The position numbers and the translations under genes were made by a program. Under the pieces are notes generated by a model that had not been told where the DNA came from, ran no database searches, and saw only the letters and a program-made list of their open reading frames with translations. A DNA stretch of 32,000 nt from contig CP061211.1 of assembly GCA_026016245.1 (NCBI GenBank), positions 678,725 through 710,724 of the forward strand, in the 5' to 3' direction. This DNA is from Candidatus Pacearchaeota archaeon (GTDB taxonomy: Archaea > Nanobdellota > Nanobdellia > Pacearchaeales > UBA284). Each line of letters begins with the position of its first letter. Position 1 is the stretch's first letter. Below, piece after piece: positions 24,793 to 31,999 of this stretch.

Positions 24793-26247
24793 ATGGAAAT
24801 TAAGTTAAAGAAAATTTCAGATATTGAATGGGAAATACCTAAAGGCACAATCCAAGGGATGAAGGTTCCAGGAATTGTTTTTGCTTCTAAAATACTTCTT
24901 GAAAAAATGAAATTAGATAAGACATTGCAGCAGACAGCAAATGTAGCAACTTTGCCTGGCATCTATAAACATGCAATTTGTTTGCCAGATGGTCATGAGG
25001 GATATGGTTTTCCTATAGGAGGGGTTGCTGCTCTGGATTTCAAGGAAGGAGGTATTTCTCCTGGAGGAATTGGTTATGATATAAATTGTGGTGTTCGTTT
25101 GCTGAGAACTAGTTTGACTGATAAAGAGATTCATGAAAAATTAAAAGAGCTTGTTATGGCTATTTTTAGAAATGTTCCTTCAGGATTAGGTTCAAAAGGG
25201 AAGGTTAGATTGAGAAGCAGAGCTGAATTAGATGAAGTTTTGAAAATAGGTGCAAGATGGGCAGTTGAAAAAGGTTATGGATGGAAAAAAGATTTAAAAC
25301 ACTTAGAATCAGAAGGCGAACTTAAGATAGCAGAACCAAGATATGTTAGTGATACTGCAATAAAAAGAGGCTTGCCCCAACTAGGAAGTCTTGGTGCTGG
25401 TAATCATTTCTTAGAAATCCAAAGAGTGGGCGAGATTTTTGATGAGAAGACAGCAAAAGTCTTTGGTATAGAAAAAAAAGATCAGATTACTATTATGATT
25501 CATTGTGGTTCTCGTGGATTGGGACATCAAGTGTGTACAGATTATTTGCGTGAGATGGAAAAAACATTTCCAGATATTCTTAAAAAACTGCCTGACAGAG
25601 AATTGATATATGCCCCAGCAGGATCAGAACTTGCTGATAGATACTTGAAGGCAATGAGCTGTGCTGCAAATTATGCATGGGCAAACAGACAGATGATAGT
25701 ACATCAGATAAGAGAATCTTTTGAGAAAGTTTTTAACAGAAGTGCTGAAGATATGGGCATGGATATTATTTATGATGTTGCTCATAATATCGCAAAAATC
25801 GAAACTCATAAAATAAATGGAAAGGATGTGAAGGTTTATATGCATAGGAAAGGTGCGACAAGGGCTTTTGGCCCAGGACATCCAGAGATTCCTTCAGATT
25901 ATCAAAAAGTCGGCCAGCCTGTTTTACTTCCAGGATCAATGGGAACAGCTTCTTTTGTTTTGGTAGGTTCAAAAACTGCTATGGAAAAAACTTTTGGCTC
26001 AACAGCACATGGTGCAGGAAGATTAATGTCAAGACATTCTGCACTAAAACAATTTAGGGGAGAGGAAATAAAAAAGCAGTTGGAAGAAGAGAAAAAAATG
26101 TTTATCAGGAGTGCGTCTTGGAAAGGAATTGCTGAAGAAGCACCAGGAGCTTACAAAGATGTTGAAGAGGTTGCAAGAGTCAGCCATAAGGCAGGCATTG
26201 GAAATCTCGTTGTAAGATTAAGGCCAGTAGGAGTTGTAAAAGGTTGA
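24793..26247 (+). CDS. rtcB: RtcB 3'-phosphate RNA-splicing ligase
   Basis: Motifs GYDINCGVR, GAGNHFLEIQ, HCGSRGLGHQ and STAHGAGR. It is contiguous, with no intein. Confidence 0.95.
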   Translation: MEIKLKKISDIEWEIPKGTIQGMKVPGIVFASKILLEKMKLDKTLQQTANVATLPGIYKHAICLPDGHEGYGFPIGGVAALDFKEGGISPGGIGYDINCGVRLLRTSLTDKEIHEKLKELVMAIFRNVPSGLGSKGKVRLRSRAELDEVLKIGARWAVEKGYGWKKDLKHLESEGELKIAEPRYVSDTAIKRGLPQLGSLGAGNHFLEIQRVGEIFDEKTAKVFGIEKKDQITIMIHCGSRGLGHQVCTDYLREMEKTFPDILKKLPDRELIYAPAGSELADRYLKAMSCAANYAWANRQMIVHQIRESFEKVFNRSAEDMGMDIIYDVAHNIAKIETHKINGKDVKVYMHRKGATRAFGPGHPEIPSDYQKVGQPVLLPGSMGTASFVLVGSKTAMEKTFGSTAHGAGRLMSRHSALKQFRGEEIKKQLEEEKKMFIRSASWKGIAEEAPGAYKDVEEVARVSHKAGIGNLVVRLRPVGVVKG

Positions 26248-26266
26248 GAGTTAAGAAATAAAAATC

Positions 26267-26285
26267 AAAAAAATTTATATAGCAT
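26267..26285 (+). promoter_or_regulatory. BRE/TATA element AAAAAAATTTATATAGCAT
   Basis: The TATA box starts 37 nt upstream of ATG 26311. The 19-mer is identical to 28772-28790. Confidence 0.55.
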
Positions 26286-26310
26286 ATTTGCCCTTTGTTA
26301 TTATAAAAAG

Positions 26311-28773
26311 ATGGTCATTTCAAAAAAGATTGATCATAGAAAGAGAAAAAAAAGAGAGAATTTTTTTGGAATTCCTTTCCTGCCTTTGGCTTTTTTATTA
26401 TTACTTTTGATTGTTCTTTTTCTCTTGCCCCCAATTAAATTGCAGACTTCTGGCATCATGCCTAGCATTACTGGAAAAGTAGTTGATGATATTTATTTAG
26501 AAGAAACAACTTATAGGCCAGATAGACCTTTAGAAGGAGGTCTTAATTTGAGATTTTATTGGGGAGATTTAATTCCTCAAGAAACTAATGTCACTTTTGA
26601 TATCACATCAATAAAATGTAAACATTTTTATGTTTGTGGTTCAGATGGTGGTTTGATTGGGTGGGAGGTATATAATTTTACTAGCGGAAAATGTGAGAAT
26701 GTTTCTGTATGGGTTTATGGACCCTGGGATGAATGCGGGGAAGATAAATATTATACATACCCTAATATATTTAGTAATATTAATTGTGCTGGTTTGGGAG
26801 GAGCTTGCTGTAAATCTGGTGAAGGTTTGGGATATTTCTATCCTAACTTGGATTGCAATACAAAAGAATGCTGGGATGAATGCAAGATAACAAAGAAGAA
26901 AACATTGATTGAATCAATAGCTTTATCAACAACACCTTGGAAGGGAAATCATACTTCTGGGATATTTAATAATGTGAATGGTTCTAATCCTCCTGTAAAT
27001 TCTGGGTGGGGTTTTGGCGCATGTCCTTCTATTGCCCCTGCTCCTAATTATACTTATCCTGTTACTTATGCAATTAATCCTACAGGCTATATTGTCCAAC
27101 AACCATCACCACCACTGCCAGACTTAACTGTTTTAGATATTTACACTTCTGAATATGCCCCTCAACCACCACAACTATCATTATACGCTATCCAGCAACC
27201 AAGCCCAACCAAAAGACTCTACACAAAAATAAAAAATCTTGGAGGGCCAATTGGAAGTAAAAAGGTAAAAGCAGGAGCATTCACTGTTGTTGGCTGTTGG
27301 TATGATTATACTTCTCCAACACCACTAGGACGGGCAGGGCCTATACCTTCTAATTGTTTTTTTATTAAGAGGATTAATAATATGGCACAAAATCAAGAAA
27401 TGATTTTAGATATGGGTAGTTGGAATATACAAGGCAAGGCAGTTCAGGTTATTGTTGATTACTATAAAGAGATAGATGAAAAAAATGAATATAACAATGA
27501 GATGATAAAATATTTCCCTGGAGTAGTGCCGCCAAAACCAGACCTAGTTGTTTTAGATATTCAAAAAAAACAATATGAATCAGTAGAAGGTACGAAGATA
27601 ACAATGAAAAATATTGGTCCTGGTTCTGTTCTTGTAAAGTCTTTCTGGGTTAAAATTACTTATTATATTGGAGCTGAAAGATGGGAAAATGAATATCAGA
27701 TACAGAATCCAGGAATTGCGCCTAATACAGTATTTACTCTTGATGTTAGAGACAAGGATATAACTGGTAAGGCAGTTAATGCCACTGCTTTTGTTGATTC
27801 AAGATATAATGTAGATGAATTGGATGAGAATAATAATGGGTTGACTAAATGGCTATTACCTTATTCTTGTGAGAATTGGAATAATGTTTATGTTATTCCT
27901 TTAGATGATATTGGTTTAAAAACGCCAGATTATGAAGGAACATACATCTTAGATATCTCTCTTGTTTATGGAGATGTTACCATGTACAGTTCTTCAGTAT
28001 TATTCGAAGTTGCTGAAAAAGAACCAACACATAATGTTTGTCAAAACCAAAAGTGTGTAGAGGTAACTGGTGCTGGAACTGATCAGTGTCAGACTAATGC
28101 TGATTGTAAGACTACTTGTAATGAGAACTGGCAGTATGGTGTTTGGAGCGATTGTATAGGCGGACAGAAAAGAAGAGAGTGTTATGATGCTAATAACTGT
28201 AATACAACTTATAGTAAGCCATCAAATTGTATGCTTTTTGCAGGTAAATATTATCAGACTGAGAGCTGTTGTGTTTCAGAATGGCAGTGTGATGAGTGGA
28301 GTGTTTGCTATGATTACCAAGGAGAGAATGTTCAGAGCATGACTTGTGAGGATCTTAATAAATGCAGTCCACAGAATTACACTTACCTACAATTGAGAGA
28401 TTGTTGCATAGAAGAATGGGATTGTGAATGGAGTAGTTGTATTGATGGTAGGCAAGAACTTTTATGTGAGGACTTAAATAATTGTGGTACTGAATTTACC
28501 AAGCCTTCAGAAACAAAAGATTGCGAAGAAAGAGCTATAGCATGGTGGGTTTGGTTTATAATAATCTTGGTGCTTGTTGTAGTAATTCTTGCTGTTCTTA
28601 TTGGAACAAAACGATTACCTTGGTTCAAGAAGAAGCCTAAAGTAAGAAAATATCCTCAGCTTGATGAATATATAAGAAAAGCAACTGAAAGAGGCATGTC
28701 AAAAGCAGAAATAAAAACAAAACTCATTGAAACTGGCTGGCCAGAAGATGCAGTTAGCGAAGCTTTAAAATAA
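26311..28773 (+). CDS. Giant Cys-rich surface protein, paralog 1: signal anchor, 2 CARDB-like domains, 3 W/C-rich repeats, C-terminal TM and a cytoplasmic tail
   Basis: N-terminal FFGIPFLPLAFLLLLLIVLF. CARDB-like PDLTVLDI.. and PDLVVLDIQ..KNIGPGS..ELDENNN. The C-terminal TM is WWVWFIIILVLVVVILAVLIG. Many NxS/T sequons. Confidence 0.8.
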   Translation: MVISKKIDHRKRKKRENFFGIPFLPLAFLLLLLIVLFLLPPIKLQTSGIMPSITGKVVDDIYLEETTYRPDRPLEGGLNLRFYWGDLIPQETNVTFDITSIKCKHFYVCGSDGGLIGWEVYNFTSGKCENVSVWVYGPWDECGEDKYYTYPNIFSNINCAGLGGACCKSGEGLGYFYPNLDCNTKECWDECKITKKKTLIESIALSTTPWKGNHTSGIFNNVNGSNPPVNSGWGFGACPSIAPAPNYTYPVTYAINPTGYIVQQPSPPLPDLTVLDIYTSEYAPQPPQLSLYAIQQPSPTKRLYTKIKNLGGPIGSKKVKAGAFTVVGCWYDYTSPTPLGRAGPIPSNCFFIKRINNMAQNQEMILDMGSWNIQGKAVQVIVDYYKEIDEKNEYNNEMIKYFPGVVPPKPDLVVLDIQKKQYESVEGTKITMKNIGPGSVLVKSFWVKITYYIGAERWENEYQIQNPGIAPNTVFTLDVRDKDITGKAVNATAFVDSRYNVDELDENNNGLTKWLLPYSCENWNNVYVIPLDDIGLKTPDYEGTYILDISLVYGDVTMYSSSVLFEVAEKEPTHNVCQNQKCVEVTGAGTDQCQTNADCKTTCNENWQYGVWSDCIGGQKRRECYDANNCNTTYSKPSNCMLFAGKYYQTESCCVSEWQCDEWSVCYDYQGENVQSMTCEDLNKCSPQNYTYLQLRDCCIEEWDCEWSSCIDGRQELLCEDLNNCGTEFTKPSETKDCEERAIAWWVWFIIILVLVVVILAVLIGTKRLPWFKKKPKVRKYPQLDEYIRKATERGMSKAEIKTKLIETGWPEDAVSEALK
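26357..26420 (+). repeat. Conserved 64-nt block, copy A (N-terminal signal-anchor region)
   Basis: Matches 28838-28901 with 3 mismatches by hand alignment. Confidence 0.8.
27196..27312 (+). repeat. Near-identical 117-nt block, copy A (QPSPTKRLYTKIKNLGGPIGSK.VKAGAFTVVGCWYDYT)
   Basis: Matches 29383-29499 with 2 mismatches by hand alignment. Confidence 0.85.
28344..28512 (+). repeat. Near-identical 169-nt block, copy A (CEDLNKCSPQNYTYLQLRDCCIEEWDCEWSSCIDGRQELLCEDLNNCGTEFTKPSE)
   Basis: Matches 30903-31071 with a single mismatch (28449 T versus 31008 C, synonymous). Confidence 0.9.
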
Positions 28774-28790
28774 AAAAATTTATATAGCAT
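28772..28790 (+). promoter_or_regulatory. BRE/TATA element AAAAAAATTTATATAGCAT
   Basis: The TATA box starts 37 nt upstream of ATG 28816. It duplicates the element at 26267-26285. Confidence 0.55.
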
Positions 28791-28815
28791 CTCTACCGCT
28801 CTTTATTAATAAAAG

Positions 28816-31245
28816 ATGGAAAGATGGAAAGAAAAAAAGAATTTTTTTGGAATTCCTTTCCTGCCTTTAGCTATCTTATTATTACTTTTGATTGTTCTTT
28901 TAGTTTTGCCTCAAGTTAAATTGCAAGGTGATTTCATTACTGGAGAAGTAACTAGCAACATCCAATTAACAGAAACAGATTATGGGCCAAATGAGAATTT
29001 AAAAGGCAAGACAAACATAAAATTTTTCTGGGGTGATTTAATTCCTGGAACAACTAATGTTGAGCTCATAGTTTCTGGTGGTGATTATGGTTCAAATCTA
29101 ACAATGCAATTACCCCAAGCAATAGCTCTCTCAAGCACACCTTGGAAAGGAAATTTTACTTATGGGCCTTTTAAAAATATGAATGGTCCTTCTCCTGTAG
29201 GAGGGGGTTATGGTTTTGGAGCTTGTTCTTCTATTATTCCTGCTCCTAATTACACTTATCCTGTTACTTATGCAGTTCAACAGCCAGTACCAATCACACC
29301 AGACTTAACTGTTTTAAATATTTACACTTCTGGTCTTATCCCTGTTCCAACTTATCCTGCAGTAACAGGTATGATTACTCAACAACCAAGCCCAACCAAA
29401 AGACTCTATACAAAAATAAAAAATCTTGGAGGGCCAATTGGAAGTAAAGAGGTAAAAGCAGGAGCATTCACTGTTGTTGGCTGTTGGTATGATTATACTA
29501 GCCCTACACCAACACCTTTAGTAGCAGTTGATGGTTATATTCCTAGTAATTGTTTTTATATTAAAGATATTTCACAAATAAGATATGGTCAAGAAATAAT
29601 TTTAGATATGGGATACCGAGCTGTTGAAGGCAAAACAGTCCAGGTTATTGTTGATTATTATGATGATATACATGAGACTAATGAGCAGAATAATGAGATG
29701 ATAAAGAATTTTCCAGGAGTAGTTCCCCCTCAATGTATAGATCCTGATGGTTTGGATTATTTCACAAAAGGAACATGCACAGATATTGAAGGGAGCAAAG
29801 TTGATTACTGCAGTCCTGATGCTGAAAATCTTTTAATAGAATATTATTGTCCTACTATAGTACCATCACCTTTATGTGCCCCAACACAATATGTTTGTCC
29901 TAATGGTTGTGAGGATGGAAAATGTCTTGAACAAGAACCTACGCCAGCATGTAAAGACAGTGATGGTGGTAAGAATTATGGATTAAAAGGCACATGCCAA
30001 GATATTGATGGCATGTATACTGACTATTGTCTAGAAATAAGTCCTGGACAAAATGAAGGAAATCTTGCTGAATTCTATTGTACTGGTAATAATTTAATAA
30101 TGTGGGATTTTTGTAGTGATTGTTCTGAGCCTTATTGTGCTTATATTGGATCTAGAAGCGAAGGATGGTATGCCAAATGTCCTAAGGGTGAGAGATTGAT
30201 TAATTATGAAACATGTTCTATCAGAGAGAAATTTAAACCTCAATGCTTGTATAAAGGATCAAAAAGCGAAGGATGGTATACTCCTGATGTTTGTGATAGG
30301 GAAGATTTCAATTGTTATTATGGCTGTTTAGATGGTACTTGTAAAATAAGTAATTATTCTTGTGAAAATTGGAATAATATTTATGAGATTAATTTAAATA
30401 ATTTGAATATAAAGACTCCTCAAGAAGATGGAACTTATAATTTTACTGTAAGATTAACATATGTAGGAGGAGTGCCAGGTATTCGTAATGCTGTTCCAGC
30501 AAAAATAATTCTTTATTCTTATACTACTTCCTTTAATGTGCTTTCTCATAAAGCATGCCAGAGTTACCAGTGTATTTATATGGCTGGAAGCGGAGCTAAC
30601 CAATGTGAAAATGATAATGACTGCCGACCAACTGGTGGAGGTGGCGGCGGTGGCGGCGGAGGAGGCGGAGCCTGCAATGAATATTGGCAGTATGGTGATT
30701 GGAGTGAATGTATTGATGACAAAAGACAGAGAGAGTGTTTTGATGCTAGAAATTGTGGAACAATTTTTGCAAAGCCTTCATATTGCTTGCCTATTGAAGA
30801 TAAATATTATCAGACTGAATCTTGCATACCAGGATGTCAGGAAAACTGGCAGTGTACTGAATGGAGCTATTGTGATGAGCAAACACTTGAGCAGAGTTCT
30901 ATTTGTGAGGATCTTAATAAATGCAGTCCACAGAATTACACTTACCTACAATTGAGAGATTGTTGCATAGAAGAATGGGATTGTGAATGGAGTAGTTGTA
31001 TTGATGGCAGGCAAGAACTTTTATGTGAGGACTTAAATAATTGTGGTACTGAATTTACCAAGCCTTCAGAAGCAAGAGAGTGCAAGCCAGGACTTGCGTG
31101 GTGGATGTTATTGATAATAATTTTAGTGTTTGTTGTAGTAATTCTTGCTATTCTTTATGCGGCAAAGACATGGCCCTTTAAGAAAAAAGGGTTCAAAGCT
31201 GTTGGAAAAACAGAAGAAGCTGCTTTTAAAGAAATCAAAATATAA
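28816..31245 (+). CDS. Giant Cys-rich surface protein, paralog 2: signal anchor, 1 CARDB-like domain, extra Cys-knot-like cassettes, Gly12 linker, 3 W/C-rich repeats and a C-terminal TM
   Basis: It shares N-terminal, central and C-terminal blocks with paralog 1. Its unique cassette spans roughly 29734-30300. Confidence 0.8.
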   Translation: MERWKEKKNFFGIPFLPLAILLLLLIVLLVLPQVKLQGDFITGEVTSNIQLTETDYGPNENLKGKTNIKFFWGDLIPGTTNVELIVSGGDYGSNLTMQLPQAIALSSTPWKGNFTYGPFKNMNGPSPVGGGYGFGACSSIIPAPNYTYPVTYAVQQPVPITPDLTVLNIYTSGLIPVPTYPAVTGMITQQPSPTKRLYTKIKNLGGPIGSKEVKAGAFTVVGCWYDYTSPTPTPLVAVDGYIPSNCFYIKDISQIRYGQEIILDMGYRAVEGKTVQVIVDYYDDIHETNEQNNEMIKNFPGVVPPQCIDPDGLDYFTKGTCTDIEGSKVDYCSPDAENLLIEYYCPTIVPSPLCAPTQYVCPNGCEDGKCLEQEPTPACKDSDGGKNYGLKGTCQDIDGMYTDYCLEISPGQNEGNLAEFYCTGNNLIMWDFCSDCSEPYCAYIGSRSEGWYAKCPKGERLINYETCSIREKFKPQCLYKGSKSEGWYTPDVCDREDFNCYYGCLDGTCKISNYSCENWNNIYEINLNNLNIKTPQEDGTYNFTVRLTYVGGVPGIRNAVPAKIILYSYTTSFNVLSHKACQSYQCIYMAGSGANQCENDNDCRPTGGGGGGGGGGGGACNEYWQYGDWSECIDDKRQRECFDARNCGTIFAKPSYCLPIEDKYYQTESCIPGCQENWQCTEWSYCDEQTLEQSSICEDLNKCSPQNYTYLQLRDCCIEEWDCEWSSCIDGRQELLCEDLNNCGTEFTKPSEARECKPGLAWWMLLIIILVFVVVILAILYAAKTWPFKKKGFKAVGKTEEAAFKEIKI
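28838..28901 (+). repeat. Conserved 64-nt block, copy B
   Basis: Matches 26357-26420. Confidence 0.8.
29383..29499 (+). repeat. Near-identical 117-nt block, copy B
   Basis: Matches 27196-27312. Confidence 0.85.
30634..30669 (+). repeat. Twelve consecutive Gly codons (GC-rich island inside paralog 2)
   Basis: Sequence ggt gga ggt ggc ggc ggt ggc ggc gga gga ggc gga encodes G12. Paralog 1 has no equivalent at this position. Confidence 0.9.
30903..31071 (+). repeat. Near-identical 169-nt block, copy B
   Basis: Matches 28344-28512. Confidence 0.9.
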
Positions 31246-31269
31246 TTCATAATTTTTTTTCTAAAAAAC

Positions 31270-31277
31270 TTTATATA
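31270..31277 (+). promoter_or_regulatory. TATA box TTTATATA
   Basis: 49 nt upstream of ATG 31319. SD-like GAGGG lies 4-8 nt before the ATG. Confidence 0.45.
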
Positions 31278-31318
31278 TCCTATTTCTTTTAAAAATTTTG
31301 TAGTGTAAAAGAGGGAAA

Positions 31319-31999
31319 ATGGCATATAAACGTTATATTAAAATAGGTAATAAAGTCTATGGCCCTTATGAGTACCACAGTTATAGAGATAAAAATGGTA
31401 GTGTAAAAAGCCATTATTTGAGAAAAGTAGAAAAAGTAAAGAAAGAAAATGTAGAACTGAGAAAAAAACTGCGTTTTCTTGAATTAAGTGCCAGTATTCT
31501 TCTAATTTTAGTTGCTCTTTTTTTAATTTTTTATCTTACTACCTTTCCAATAACTGGAAGACTTGGTCTTGAACTTGAAAAATCTTATTTTTTTGTAAAT
31601 GAAACATTAAGTGGGTATGTTAATTTGGAATTTACTGAAGGAGAATTTTATCCTGCTGATTCTATCATAAAAATAAATTTTAATGGACAAATTGAAGAAT
31701 TGACTTTAGAGGAATTCATTGCTCTTTCTGGAGAGGATAGTCTTGAAAAAAAAGAAGAAAATTTTTACACTACTATGGATGATAAAATTGAAGGACATGG
31801 GGAAGGATATGGTCTTATAGGTTCAAAAGATATTCCTGTTGATGTTTCTTTCAAATTGATAACTATGAAAGAAATACTTGGAATAGAAGAAGCTATTGAA
31901 AATATAACTGAAGAAAATATCACAGAGCCATTAGAAGAAAATATCACTGAGATTGAAGAAGAACCAATAGAAGAACTAGAAGAACCAGAAGAACCAATA
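31319..31999 (+). CDS. Third member of the surface-protein array (partial, runs off the window end)
   Basis: Absent from the ORF track because it is open-ended. My translation is MAYKRYIKIGNKVYGPYEYHSYRD..LSASILLILVALFLIFYL..LSGYVNLEFTEGEFYPADS..GHGEGYGLIG..ENITEENITEPLEENITE. The block after the TM segment parallels LNLRFYWGDLIP and TNIKFFWGDLIP in paralogs 1 and 2. Confidence 0.65.
   Translation, partial: MAYKRYIKIGNKVYGPYEYHSYRDKNGSVKSHYLRKVEKVKKENVELRKKLRFLELSASILLILVALFLIFYLTTFPITGRLGLELEKSYFFVNETLSGYVNLEFTEGEFYPADSIIKINFNGQIEELTLEEFIALSGEDSLEKKEENFYTTMDDKIEGHGEGYGLIGSKDIPVDVSFKLITMKEILGIEEAIENITEENITEPLEENITEIEEEPIEELEEPEEPI

Noticed and set aside
24793-26247. Intein or other insertion in RtcB.
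   Set aside because: The 484-aa sequence is of typical length. All metal and GMP-histidine motifs appear in their usual order, with no extra block between them.
30634-30669. The G-rich Gly12 tract as a G-quadruplex or non-coding regulatory element.
   Set aside because: G runs are only 2-3 long. The tract is in frame within a long ORF and is cleanly explained as a poly-Gly linker.
27196-31071. Diversity-generating retroelement (template/variable repeat pair) targeting the surface proteins.
   Set aside because: No reverse transcriptase gene is in the window. The few mismatches between repeat copies (T/C, C/T, A/G) are not the many adenine-specific substitutions expected of DGR mutagenesis.
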